From: Raja brachyura
Taxonomy: Eukaryota
DNA: 64,000 bases
Reading direction: 5' to 3'
NCBI GenBank assembly: GCA_963514005.1
Contig: OY740802.1
Span: forward strand, 36,208,001 to 36,272,000
Both the position numbers and the translations under genes were made by a program. Below the pieces are notes generated by a model. The model had not been told where the DNA came from. It saw only the letters and a list, made by a program, of their open reading frames with translations, and made no database searches. Position 1 is the stretch's first letter, and the number at the start of each line of letters is the position of its first letter. Positions 49,770 to 63,390 of this stretch are shown one piece after another.

Positions 49770-50560
49770 AGCACAGGGGATGGTGTTGAATGGGGGGGGG
49801 GGGATCAGTACGGGATGGATGGGGGGGGTTTGGTACAGGATGAATGGGGGTAAGACAAAAATGCTGGAGCAATTCAGCGCGTGAGGCAGCATCAATGGAG
49901 CTAAGGAAATAGGCAACATTTCAGGTCGAGACCCTTCTTCAGACTGTTACCCCCCCTATTCTTCTTGAATGGGGAGATCAGTACAGGATGGATGGGGGGG
50001 GGAGGGGGGGGAGAATCAGTACAGGATGAATGGGGGTGGAGTGGATCAGTAGAGAATGAATGGCGGGGATCAGAACAGTGTGGATCGGAGGGTCTGTGCA
50101 GGATGAATGGGAGATCATTACAGGATGAATGAGGGTCAAGTATAGGATGAATGGGGGATCAGTACGGGATGAATGAGGGGATCAGTACAGGATGCATGAG
50201 CGGATCAGTACGGGATGAGTGGGGGATCAGTAAAAGATGAATGGGGAGATCACTACAGGATGGATGGGGGGGTTTGGTGCAGGGTAAATGGACGGTGGGT
50301 CAGTACGGGATGAATGGGAGGATCAATGCAGTATGAATGGGGGGCGAGAAGTGCAGGATGGATGGGAAGGGGGGTCAGAACAGGATGAATTGGAAGACCA
50401 GTGTAGCATGGATGGGGGGGGGGGGTGGCAGGAGAATCAATTCAAGGTGGGTAAGGTGATGAATAGATTGGGGGGGGGGGGTAGATGGGGAGGGGAGCGC
50501 AGGGGATGTCAGTGAGGACTGAATAGAGGGAATGGGGATCAGCGCAGGATGGAGAGGAGG
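49770..50560. repeat. Degenerate G-rich minisatellite, about 21-24 bp (gggggatcagtacaggatgaatg)
   Basis: Tandem degenerate units visible, interrupted by a Penelope piece at about 49850-49945. Confidence 0.85.
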
Positions 50561-52210
50561 GGTCCCAGGATAAGAAGGGGGAGGAGGAGGGGGAGGGGCA
50601 GAGGAGGTGGGGAGGAAGGAAGGTCAGCGCTCCTCGGACAACATCGCCCTACTGCCTTGGCCGTCCCTGTCCAACGCCAAAGTGCCGCCGCCAAAGGGGG
50701 AGGCGGTTGGGAACTCGTCGCCACGGTGCAGCTCAAAGATCCTAGGTGCAGCTGCTTCAGACTGCAGAAGGAGGGCTCTCTCTCTCTCTCTCCTCCTCTC
50801 CTGGCCTCGGCGTGTGAGAGGGGTTGTTTTGAAAGCGCCGTTAAGCAGCGGCCGTTATCAGGGCGATAGCAGCCGCTGCCTGCAAATCCACCAAACAACG
50901 CCCTCTCGTACGCCGAGGGAGGGAGCGGAGAGAGGGAGGAGAGAGAGCGAGAGCGAGAGCAGGGAGGGAGGTCTCCTTCAGATGGGCAGTGTGCGGGGGG
51001 AGGAGGCGGTGGAGCTGCTGTCGTGGCCGCTGCTGCCGCTGGTCGAGACCGGTCATTCGCTCCGACTCTTCGTCACCCTGCACCTGGTATCTTTGCCCCG
51101 CAATCAAAGATACTAGACTAATACAGCTCCCGCCGTCAACACAAAACGTCACGCTCCTATACTCCGGAGATGCTGCCTGACCTGCGGAGTTACTCCAGTT
51201 TTTTGTGTCTATCGGTATAAACCAGTATTTGCGTGCTAAGCCGGGCAAAATGAGTCGGCGTCTGGGTTGCCCGGCCGCACTTTGGGTGGTCGTTGGCACC
51301 CGGCCAACCACTAATTTCGAGCCCTGCTGTATTTTAAAGTATAGATCATGGTGTATAGCCAAAATAATGAGATGAAGCAAAAATAAATAAATCTGCTTTT
51401 ACAAAGAAAAATCAGATATGTCCCTTTCTTGCCTTAATTTGTGCCATTTTTCAGCAGGATTTCATCAAATCCTTAGGCTAATTGATACCAGAAAGATTAC
51501 ATTAATTTTACAATTAAATAACTGTATATAAGCCAAATTCTGATTCTGATTTTTATCATTTATCACCCGATAAGATGGTTTTCTGATGTCCCAAGTTTTT
51601 GCAGCAGAACATGAGTAGCGGTGTCTATTGTGTCACGTGTTAAATGTGTGAATTAAAAGCAGAATAACCGTTTTTATATTTATTGATTCTTTTTTCATTG
51701 TTTATATTTTGTGATTCTTTCCATTGAAATATTTAATAATGAATGGAACTTAAAATCATGAAATAAAAATCTAGTTTACTCACCTATTTTAGCGATGTTT
51801 CATTCTGTCGTCGTCGTCCCATCCCCGTTGAGTAGCATCGTAAATGCTATTTATATCACTATAACAGGGGTTTTTTTGCACGTCGCAATTAAAAAAAAAT
51901 TCAACCAATGTGATTATATTTACCTGGCGTGAACTATGGGCCTCATGGTGGGTTAGATGCCGAGATTTTGTAAGGGAGCTTTGAAATCAGTAAGTGTCCC
52001 ATATGTTTTATTTTAAAACATTTCTCTCGTTTTTTTTTCAAATTTTGAAAGTATTAAATTTTGGTCAAATCGGTCGATTTTGATCACAAATTAGCTCAAA
52101 ATGATCTTAGGCAAGGTAGGCCCATTTTTTATCCTGTGGTATTTCGTAATGATTTAATAACTTCCAAACGTTGCCATCCATTTCACAGGTTGGAACCCTT
52201 ATTTACGGAA

Positions 52211-52302
52211 ACACACACACATATATATATACCCACACACACACACATATATATATACACACATATACACACACATATATTATATATATACATATATATA
52301 TA
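52211..52302. repeat. Compound (CA)n/(TA)n microsatellite
   Basis: Directly visible. Confidence 0.95.
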
Positions 52303-53380
52303 ATATAAAATGTGCAGAAGAAGAAATCCAAGCACTCTAAAATTAGCTGCATGGAATTATAGAATGTTCTGCCGCATAACTAAACAAACACATACAACAT
52401 TCAATATGACACATATCCTATAATACTTTTGCAATCCCTCCAATCTCACACAAAACTTCATCCAGAGGTGTCGGATCAAGAATGTGTTTAAAATAGCAAC
52501 CCTGCCCCCTTTTTACACAAAATGCAGCCAAAGCTAAGACACCTACTCAAAAAGAGGCAAAACCTGAAATAACCAAGCTACAAAGAAGCATTGTGGCTGT
52601 TTCAGTTGGGATGAGTTCACCACACTATTATTATTGTTGCATAATTGCCATATGATAGCACCATCAGTGACAATTTTCTGTCAAATAGTATCCTAACTCG
52701 TGAAAAAATGTGATCCATCTTATCATCACAGGAGCACTATTAAAGCTATGAATAATGAGTCATGGTACACAGTAACTCCCCCCCACTGGCTGCCAGGTCC
52801 TTGAGGTCCTCACTTATTGTCAAGGATCAGGTCAAACTCAAGCTAATTTTCTACGTTCTAAGATCATGCCAAGCCAAGCCCATATCCAGCTGTACTATAT
52901 TGGTAGGCACAGATCTGTCATAAAATAGGTGAAAACACTAGTGGCACAGTACTAACAACCACAGTTACTTCAAAAGGTACAATGCTGATGCATACAGGTC
53001 AGCCACAACTCGGGTATACAGTTTTGCAGCGTAAATTTGAGGTGGAGTACCAAAGGTTGCACTATAAGAACTAATACATTAAATGTGACACAAAATATCA
53101 ATGAAGGATAATCAACCTGAAATATTAACTGTTTATTTCATCACTTCATCCAATAACATAAGATTAAAATAAACCATGGTTTTATCACCGGTCCCTTCAA
53201 GTGGTAAATCTGGTCCTGCCCGCAAAGAATGCGTGCATATGTCGTAATTTAAGGGGACAGGTTAACATAATCTGCATCCCAGTTTAGTGTGTGGGTTATC
53301 AATTTATATTACCCCAGATGTTGTTCCTTTGATGGTCCACCCTCAACCGAACAAGACTGAGCCCTATATATTTTTAAATA

Positions 53381-54192
53381 TACAATACAATGCGGTTTTA
53401 TTCATCACATTGCACATAAAGTGCAAGTGAAATGAATTTGCCAGCAGTGGTACAATGATAAAGAACACCCAAAACACACTAAAAAGTTAACATAAACATC
53501 CACCACAGCATTCATCACTGTGGTGGAAGGCACAGAATTTGGCCAGTCCTCCTCCATTTTCCCGTGGTTGGGACCTCAACCCTCCGCAGCCGTCGCTGCG
53601 GGCGTCCAGATGAACAGGCAGGTAAAAGTCCAGGTAAGTCCAGAATCGGCTCTTCCCCACCGGAGACCGTGGCTTCAGGAAGGTGTAGGCCGCAGGCCGG
53701 CGGTCGAAGTTTTAAAGTCCGCGCCGCAGCCAGAAGCACCGCAGACCGCAGGGCCGGCGGTCGGTTTCCTCTCAAGGGGTGATGGTAAGTCCACGCTGGG
53801 CATGCGGTAGAAGTAGACCGCGGGCCGGCAGTTGGAGCTCTTCTCCTGTGTCACCACTGTGGACGCTGCCGGGGGCCAGCGAAACGGAGCGCCCGCGTGA
53901 GGGCAGTGAGGGCTCGCCCGCTCCGCGTCGAGAGTCCGCACTGCGCCCGCCACAGAAGCCCCGGGCTCGACTCCGGGAAAGGCCGCGCCGATCCTTGCTG
54001 TCAGGCCACGGGGGAGGCGACCTGGAAAAATCGCCTCTTCGTGGAGGAGGCAACCGAAACGGTTTCCCCCTTACCCCCCCCACACAAAGAAACATTAAAA
54101 ACACATTTTCAAACACACTAAAAAAAAAATTAAAAAGTTGAAAAGACTAACACGCTGCTGACAGGGCTGCCGGCTTGCAGCGCCCCCACCGC
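53381..54192 (-). mobile_element. GC-rich non-autonomous retroelement (same group as 28092-29062)
   Basis: tcactgtggtggaaggc and gatggtaagtcc motifs, aataaa tail, ggtgggggcgctg 5' end. Confidence 0.55.
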
Positions 54193-54385
54193 CCAAATAT
54201 TACAGGAATCAAAAGATCAAACCAAATTAATATGTGGGGACTGGGTGAAAGATCAATCAGCATCTAATGGAATGGTAGATATTGGGGAGGAATGTGAACT
54301 TCACAGGAATTTGTGGATGAGGGAGCAATTTCTTTTTTTTTTAAATCTTCAGCAGTTTTAGAGCTATTGAGTCATAGAGTGATAC

Positions 54386-56400
54386 AATAGACAATAGGTG
54401 CAGTAGGGCATTCGGCCCTTCGAGCCAGCACCGCCATTCAATATGATCATCCACAATCAGTACCCCGTTCTTGCCTTCTCGCATATCCCCTGACTCCGCA
54501 ATCTTTAAGAGCTTTATCTAACTCTCTCTTGAAAGCATCCAGAGAATTGGCCTCCACTGCCTTCTGAGGCAGAGAATTCCACAGATTCACAACTCTCCGG
54601 GTGAAAAAAATGTTCCTCATCTACATTCTAAATGGCCTACCCCTAATTCTTAAATGGTGGCCCCTGGTTCTGGATTCCCTCAACATCAGGAACATGTTTC
54701 CTGCATCTGGTGTGTCCAATCCCTTATTATGTTTCAATAAGATCCCTTCTTATCCTTCTAAATTCCAGAGTATACAAGCCCAGCCGCTCCATTCTATCAA
54801 CATATGACAGTCCCGCCATCCCAGGAATTAACCGTGTGAACCTACGCTGTACTCCCTAAATGGCAAGAATGTCCTTCATCAAATTTGGAGACCAAAACTG
54901 CACACAATACTCCAGGTGTAGTCTCACTAGGGCCTGTACAATTGCAGAAGGACCTCTTTGCTCTATACTCAACTCCTCTTGTTAAGAAGGCCAACATGCC
55001 ATTAGCTTTCTTCACTGCCTGCTGTACCTACATGCTTACTTTCAGTGACTGATGAACAAGAACCCCCCCAGATCTCGTTGCACTTCCCCTTTTCCCAACT
55101 TGACACCATTCAGATAATAATCTGCCTTCCTGTTTTTGCCACCAAAGTGGATAACCTCACATTTATCCACATTAAACTGCATCTGCCATGCATCTGCCCA
55201 CTCACCCTACCTGTCCAAATCACCTGCATCCTCATAACATCCTCCTCACTGTTCACACTGCCACCCAGCTTTGTGTCATCTGCACATTTGCTAATGTTAC
55301 TTTTAATCCCTTCATCTAAATAATTAATTTATATTGTAAATAGCTGTGGTTCCAGCACCAAGCCTTGCAGTACCCCCACTAGTCACTGCGTGCTATTCTG
55401 AAAGGTGACCCGTTAATCCCTATTCTTCGTTTCCAGTCTGCCATCCAATTTTCTATCCATGTCAGTACCCTACCCCCTGTGCTCTAATTTCTCCCACTAA
55501 TCTCCCATGTGGGACTGTATGAAATGTTTTCTGTAAGTCTACATCCACTGGCTCTCCCTCATCCATTTTCCTAGTAACATCCTCAAAAAATTCCAGAAGA
55601 TTAGTGAAGCACGATTTCCCCTTTGTAAATCCATGCTGACTCAGACCGATCCTGTTACTGCTATCCAAATGTGCCGCCATTTCATCTTTTATAATTGACT
55701 CCAGCATCTTCCCTGCTACCGATGTCAGGCAAACTGGTCTATAATTCCTGTTTTCTCTCTCCCACCTTTCTTAAAAAGTGGGGTAACATTAGCTACTCTC
55801 CAATCCACAGGAACTGATCCTGAATCTATAGAACATTGGAAAATGATTACCAATGTGTCCATGATTTTTAGAGCCTCTTCTTAAGTACCCTTGGATGCAG
55901 ACCATCAGGCCCTGGGGATTTATCAACCTTCAGCCCCATCAGTCTACCCAATACCATTTCCTCCCTAGGTCCTCTGGCCACTAGTACATCTGGGAGATTG
56001 TTTGTGTCTTCTTTAGTGAAGACAGATCCAAAGTACTTGTTCAACTCGTCTACCATTTCTTTATTCCCCACAATAAATTCACCTGTTTCTGTCATCAAGG
56101 GACCCACATTTGTCTGAACTAATTTTTTCCTCTTCACATACCTAAAGAAGCTTTTACTTTCCTCCTTCATATTCTTGGCTAGCTTTACCTCATCTTTTCT
56201 CCCCGTGTTGCATTTTTAGTTATCTTCTATTGCTCTTTAAAACATAGAAACATAGAAATTAGGTGCAGGAGTAGGCCATTCGGCCCTTCGAGCCTGCACC
56301 GCCATTCAATATGATCATGGCTGATCATAAAAGTTTCCCAATCTTCTGGCTCCCGCTCATCCTTGCTATGTTATACTTCTCTTTTATTTTTACACTGCCC
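54386..56400 (-). mobile_element. Degenerate CR1 LINE (ORF2 RT), with a young CR1 3' tip at 56243-56326
   Basis: KSPGPDGLHPRVLK, SQHGFTKGKSCFTNLLEFFEDVT; CR1 3' UTR at 54386. Confidence 0.9.
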
Positions 56401-59400
56401 TGATACAGCACAGAAACAGTTCCTTCACTGATACAGCATGGAAACAGGCCCATCAGCCCAACTTGTCCACACTGGCCAAAATGTCCCAGCTACACTAGTC
56501 GCAACTGCCCGTGTTTGGACCATATCTCTCCAAGTCTGTCCTATCCATGTACCTGTCTAACTGTTTCTTAATCGTTGGTGATACTCCCTCCCTCAACTAC
56601 CTCCTCTGGCAGCTTGTTCCATACACCTACCACCCATTGTGTGTAAAAAATTACCCCTCATATTTATGTTAAAACTTTTCCCCTTCACCTTAAACCCATG
56701 CCCTCTGGTCCTCGATTCACCTATTCTGGGCGAGAGACTGTCTATCTACCCAATTTATTCCTCTCATGATTTTATACACCTATTATAAGATCACCCCCTC
56801 ATCCTCCTGCCCTCCAAGGAATAGAGTCCCAGCCTACTCAACCTCTCCATGTAGCTCAGACTCTCTAGTCCTGGCAACATCCTCATAATGTTCTATTGGA
56901 TTTCCCCAAGGCCCCATCAACTAGGTTCCCATTTTTCCAAATGGCCATTCTGGCCGTTTTTTATCTTGAACTATTGTTGACTCATCCAATGACTTCCATC
57001 ATCAAATCTCCAAGCATTCCGTATGTTTTGGTAAACCAACCCCCTGGCTCCTCCAACAGCTGGAAATCAAATTAAAAACAGAAAGTATTGTAAATTCCAA
57101 GGAAGTGAAGCAGCAATTGTGGAGGAAATACATTTCAAATGCTCTGACCAAAGGTCCACAGCTGAAAGTATTGACTGTTTCTCTCCGATTAGTTCAATCA
57201 AATCAAATTAAATACGTTTATTTGTCTTTGCACATCTACTGTACAATGAAATTTCATGTGCATCCCCTTCAATGGTAAACAATAAAAGACAGGATAAAAA
57301 GATTAAAAAGAACAAAACACAACACAAACAACCATTTACTCTCACATTTACATTTACTACAAGATCTATGCATAAAATAAGTAATAGATAATAAAAAAAT
57401 GCATATTATATTGCACATTCTAGCAGACAAATTTTTATATGCACCCCGAATTGTGTAGTGTTGCCCGTAGTGTTATCAGTTTGAGTTAAGTTCTCTAATG
57501 GCACGTGGGTAGAAACTGTTAGTTAGTCTGCAAGTGCGGGCCTTCAAAGACCCGTATCGCCTCCCAGTTCATCCAGCATTTTAAACTTTGAGCCAATTTA
57601 AGAAAGTTATCAATTGGTCTGGAATTCCCTGCTGATTGCATGGTATAAGCTTGAATATTACATGTATTTGGAGTCATACAGCGTGGAATCAGGCTCCTCG
57701 GCCCAACTTGCCCACACCTGTAAACATGTCCCATCTACACTAATACAACCTACCTGCGTTTTGTCCATATCTGTCAAAACCCATTCTATCCTTGTACCTG
57801 TCTAAATATTTCTTAAGCGTTGCGATAGCACCTGCCTCATCTACTTCCTCGGGAAACTTGTTCCATACACCCACCATCCTTTGTGTAAAAAACGTTACCC
57901 CTCAGGTTCCTATTAAATCTTTCCATCCTCACCTTAAATTTATGTCCTCTGGTTCTTGATTCCACTACTTTACCCAATCTATTCCTCTCATGATTTTGTG
58001 CGCCTCAATAAGATCACCCCTCATCCTTCTGCTCTCCAAGGAACACAGTCCTCGCCTGTACAACCTCTCCTTCTAAGTCAGGCCCTCGAATCCTGGCACA
58101 TCCTCATTAATCTTCTCTGCTCCCTTTCCAGCTTGTCGTCATCATTCCTATAATATGATGCCCAAAATTGAACACAATACTTTAAGTGTGCCCTCACCAA
58201 TGTCTGATATAACTGCAACATGACCTCCCAACCTTTGTATTCAATACTCCCTGACTACTGAAAGAGGTTTTGACTACCCTAAGTACCTGTAATGCCACAC
58301 TCAAGGAACTATGTACCTGCACTCCTAGATCCCTCTGCTCCACAACACTCCATAGAGCCCCATCATTCACTGTGTAGGTCCTGGCGATGTTAAGACTTCC
58401 CAAAATGCAACACGTCAGATTTTTTTGTATTAAATTCCATCAACCATTCCTCAGCCATCTGCTCAACTGATCAAGATCCTGCTGCAATTGATGAAAACCA
58501 CCTTCACTATCTACAATACTTTATGTCATCTACAAACTTGCTAATCATGCCATGTACGTTCTCATCCCTGATCGCTGATATAGATGACAAACAGCAATGG
58601 GCCCAGCACCAAGCCCTGAGGGACCCCACTAATCACAGGCCTCCAGTCCAAAAAGCAATCTTCCACCACCATCTGCTTTGTTCCATGAAGCCAATTTTCT
58701 ATCTATTCGGCTTTTAGAGGGGAGGTGGATAAATGTTTAATAGATCGAAGAACAGAATATGGAGAAATGGCACAAAAGACTCGAGGGCAGCATAGATTAC
58801 CCATGACCATATTAACTGGCGGGGCAGGCATGAAAGGCCTGGTGACCTACTGCTGCTTCTATTCTCTTGTGTTCATGTGATTCACTCTCCATTTCTACTC
58901 TCAGTCCACACCCTATCCAACTCATCAATTCTCCTTTACAGTGCATCTCCAGCTACAAGACACACAACAACAAACATAGTATTGCACCCATGCTGTATCA
59001 CTAATTGTGCTAGCTTCTGGGATAACATGGTACATTAGGTGGAAAACTGGCAGAGTGCAGAAACCGGAAAGTACCATTCAATCCATTGAAACTGATCTGC
59101 CATTTAATACCAAAGATGATTAAACATTACTTGAGGCTGGGGCAATACATAGAGATATTGTGATTATTACATCTGTCCAGTGCTTCTGACTGTTACAATA
59201 GATATGTTCACTGATCTGACACCATCCAGATTAATAGCACAGCATTCTGCACTTTCACATGAATTAGTGACTTCTAAAGGAACCTGGAAACATTCAGAGA
59301 TTTACTCAGATGCTGAAAGCAGCATAATAAAATGCTACAAGGAACACTATTACCCAGAACAGGGACCTACTGCACATACATTGCAGTGCAGAGAAAATGA

Positions 59401-60070
59401 AAGTAATTTATTGGATTAATCAGTGAGAGATTTCTGAACACTGTAAAAGGTGTATTGCAATCATTGACTAGTCATATTTGAAATTCCAACAGTGTTCCAC
59501 ACCCGAGGTAACAGTGGGTCTCATTGTACCCAGTATTCAATAAGAGTGCAGTTACCTGCAAGCAATATATCAGTATTGACTCTGTGGGAGTCGTAACTAC
59601 ATTTAAGCATCACCCCAGGGGATGGAATGCAAAAGGAAACCGGTCCTGTTGCAACCAAATACACTTTTGGTAAGACCACACCTGGAGTATGGCGCATCAT
59701 TTTAGGTTACTTATCCAAGAAGAGGTATAGCTGCATTGGAGATACTTCACCAAGAAACTTTGTCAAGCTGATTCCAGGGATGAAAACTTTTCAAAAATGT
59801 ATTTTGGTGTTCCCCTTGATGCAAATGTTTAATAGACCAGTAGAAGATCATCACTGGTTTAGACAGAGTAAAATAGAGGGCAGCTGATCCCGTTCTTGAG
59901 TAAAAGATGCACGAGGATGTGAGAATTTTATTTTATTTCAAAGCGTTTATGATCTGGAATTCACTGCCAGAAGGCGGCTGAAATAAAATGGATCAGTGCT
60001 TTCAAACAGGCGCTTGAGAACAAACGTGCAGGCGGATGGAAATGATGGGATTGCTCGCCAAGGATCATTG
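56400..60070. mobile_element. Cluster of old LINE fragments: CR1 (- 56400-56890, - 57670-58715, + 58715-58880, + 59440-60070) and a Rex1/L2-like 3' end (- 57195-57570)
   Basis: EQRDLGVQVHSSL and CR1 3' UTR motifs; boundaries approximate. Confidence 0.7.
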
Positions 60071-60346
60071 GAGATATAGGGGACAAAATTGGCACGGAGA
60101 TTGCCAAGCCCACCATTGTCTTACAGCCAAACACCGAGACCATTTAGAAAAGCCACACCGTCAGACCAGACCTGCTGAGAGTCCAACACTCAGAAAATCA
60201 GATCCGCACCAAGACCGCCCATCAGGTCAAGTCCACCCTGAGCTCACTTAACAGAGGTCACATCAAACCCACAGAAAGAAAGCATCAAAATTTGACTGGA
60301 GTAATATCTCCCCGAACCTTTCTGAAATTTCCAAATGGAACTTTGT

Positions 60347-60626
60347 GAGCGGCATGGTGGCGGAGCGGTAGAGTTGCTGCCTCACAGCACCAGAGTCTCA
60401 GGTTTGATCCTGACTACGGGTGCTGTCAGTGCAGAGTTTGTACAACCTCCCTGTGACCATATGGGTTTCTCCAGGTGCCCTGGTTTTCCCCCCCATTCCA
60501 AAGATGTGATTTGTAGGTCAATTGGCTTCTGTAAATTACCCTTATGAATAGGAGTGATCGTGTGTACAGGTAATCGATGACCAGCATGGACTCAATGGGC
60601 CAAAGGGCCTGTTTCCACGCTGTAGG
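60347..60626 (+). mobile_element. V-SINE (HE1-like)
   Basis: A box tggcggagcgg, B-box-like ggtttgatcc, V domain, CR1-like tail. Confidence 0.85.
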
Positions 60627-60696
60627 TCTTCCCAGGGACCTCAGTGATTGACTGTGCAAAATGCCTAAAATTTTAGACAAATATTACAGATATAGA

Positions 60697-61382
60697 GGGT
60701 AGACAAAAAACGCTGGAGAAACTCAGCGGGTGAGGCAGCGTCTATGGAGAGAAGGAATGGGCGACGTTCCGGGTCGAGACCCTTCTTCAGACTGATGTCG
60801 GGGGGGGGGGGGGGGGGCAAGGACTATCTTAAATTAGACAAGTCAATGTTCATACCACTGGGGTGTAAACTACCGAAGCAAAATATGAGGTGCCGTTCCT
60901 CCAATTTGCGTTAGGTCTCACTCTGGCAATGGGGGAGGCCCAGGTCAGAAAGGGAATGGGAGGGGGAGTTGAAGCGCTGAGCAAACAGGAAATCAGGTTG
61001 GTTAGTATGAACTCAGCGGAGGTGTTCAGCGAAGTGATCGTCGAGCCTGCGCTTGGTCTCGCCGATGTAGAGAAGTTGATACCTGGAACAGTTGATGCAG
61101 CAGATGCGATTGGAGGAGGTGCAGGTGAACCTCTACCTCACCTGGAAAGACCGATTGGCTCCTTGGATGGAGTCGAGGGGTGAGGTAAAGCGACAAGTGT
61201 AGCATTTCCTGCTGTTGCAAGGGAAAGTACCCGGGGAGGGGATAGCTTGGGTAGGAAGGGACAAATTGACCAGGGAGTTACGGAGGGAACGGTCTCTGCA
61301 GAAAGCAGAAAGGGGAGGAGATGGGAAGATGCGGCCAGTGATAGGATCCTGTTGGAGCTGGCGAAAATGTCGGAGGATTATA
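60697..61382 (-). mobile_element. Penelope-like element 3' fragment with GIY-YIG endonuclease remnant and pLTR
   Basis: GTFPCNSRKCYTC...FTCTSSNRICCINCSRYQLLYIGETKRRLDDHFAEHLR on the minus strand, followed by the same terminal sequence as the foldback elements. Confidence 0.9.
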
Positions 61383-62004
61383 TGTTGTATTATTACATCA
61401 GTCAAAGACTGTGCTTGATAATCCTAAATTACAGATACAGAGGATATTTATTCATGGAACAGTCTGATAATGTAGATTAAAATATCCCAGTTTGTCGTGG
61501 AGTACTGGAATTGGATTACAATTATATACATGTGCTGGCAATGTGCAACGAACAGCAACTCTGTAATTCAGCTGCCTCTTCCATACAAACCCATCGACAC
61601 AAGGAAAGGCTTCACTAATTACTCCTAATGTATCACTTTACATTCAGCCTTTAACATCATAATCACGTCATTGGAATATCACATCATCAGACGGAATATG
61701 CAATAAAGTATGATAATCTGTCAATTTCTATCATTCCGCTTGACTCTTCACATTCAAAACTATGTCTCAAAAATTTAACATTGTACTTTTGGGACTACTG
61801 TATTAACACTGTATTCTGTATTAACACTGTTTTCGTCACATTTTTAACTAAATGCCCTTTCTCATTTGTATCCAATTTTCAGTTTAATTTTGTCCTCACA
61901 CTGCCATTCAGATGTAAAAAGCAAATGGATGCTTGATGGCCAGTGGTTCAAAGGGCTTGTTTTCATGCTTTATCTGTCAACAACTATGAATTAATGCATA
62001 ACTT

Positions 62005-62715
62005 ACAAGAACAGAAAATGCTGCAGTAACTCAGCAAGTCAAGCAGCACCTCTGGAAAGCATGGATAGGTGATGTTTCGGGTCACTACCCTTCTTCAGCC
62101 TGATTGTGGTAAGGGTGGGGGTGGGTGGGGCAGTAAAGAAAGCTGGATTAGAGGAGAAGCGGGACAAAGCATGTCCAGTAATAGAAGAACCACTGGTGAG
62201 TGTGGTTTTGATAGGCAAATTGATGGACAAAGATAAGGAAAAAAACCCAGATATGAGCCTGAAACGATAAAGAGTTGCAAATTTTGAAGCTCAGTGACAA
62301 AAAAAAATTGCTAATGTAGGGATCTCCCAATTTCCAGCCATGTTAACTCCCCTTCCCCTACTGACGTTTCTATCCTGGGCCTCCTCCACTGCCAGAGTGA
62401 GGCCACACGCAAACCGGAGGAACAACACCTCGCATTCCAACGGCATGAATATTGAATTTTTCAATTTTAGGTAACTTCGACAAACACCCCCCTTCCCCCC
62501 AAACCCATCCCCTGAATACTGGCTGATCTAGGGCCAGTTGCTCCCATTATCCACCCTTCCACCTACATTCCTTACACCGGCTACACAATCCCCAGGCTGA
62601 AGAAGGGTCCTGACCATTAACAACTATCCATGTTTTCCAGAGATGCTGCCTGGCCCACTGAGTTACTCCAGCACTTTGTGTCTTTCTTTAATAAAACGGC
62701 ATTGGCAATTCCTTG
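62005..62715. mobile_element. Penelope inverted pLTR structure with C-terminal ORF remnant
   Basis: Inverted terminal arms; cctccactgccagagtgaggccacacgcaaaccggaggaacaacacctc (Penelope C-terminus). Confidence 0.75.
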
Positions 62716-63079
62716 TTATTATATCAGTCACAAAGACTGTACTTGATACTCCTAAATGACAGCAGCGACATCGTCTTGTCAAAGATATGATACCCTATGA
62801 GACAATATCTCTCCATTTCACATGATATCCTACCAGCAACTTTCAAAGATTGTTCTCATCACCAATTGTTCACTTCTACTGCGGGACAACCCCTGCTTCT
62901 CACCACAAACCTTCCCAGAACTTAACTTTAATCATTCCCTTCCTAGCCAATCCAACACTCACAACAGGCTCTGCAATGAATTCCCTCAGCTTGCACACGC
63001 TGCCAAATAAATCACCTTAATTCCACATTAACTTCTGTGCCGCTTTCAATTCAGATGCGGTAATGGATGGAACAGAATT

Positions 63080-63390
63080 AATAGAACATAGAACAGTACA
63101 GCACAAGTTCAGTTCATTTTATTGTCACGTGTACTGGCGTACAGTGAAAAACGTCAAAGTCTGTGCCAAACATGATAACAAGACTATCACTTAACTACCT
63201 GCACATAACCCATATCTGTACATTCCATGCAGCTCCATACCCCAACACAAAAGTCTTTTTAATGCCACTGATGTATCTGCTTCAAGCATTGCATTCCAGA
63301 CACTCACCATTCTCTGTATTAAAAAAAAAATTGCCCTGCACATCTCCTTTAAACTTTGCCCCTCTCACCTTCAGGCTATGTCCTATACCC
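63080..63390 (-). mobile_element. Old CR1 3' fragment
   Basis: catagaacagtacagcaca tail; ttgccctgcacatctcctttaaactttgcccctctcacc. Confidence 0.65.

Larger units (their letters stand above)
48150..51326. mobile_element. hAT-like non-autonomous DNA element with nested insertions
   Basis: Termini cagggctc / gagccctg; subterminal ccgggcaacc motifs at both ends; flanked by the direct repeat ctgtat. Confidence 0.7.

Noticed and set aside
50539-51380. GC-rich ORFs or second CpG-island promoter
   Set aside because: They lie inside the hAT-like element; low-complexity translations.
51540-52200. Possible DNA transposon remnant ending ggttggaaccctt
   Set aside because: No matching opposite terminus or TSD could be identified.
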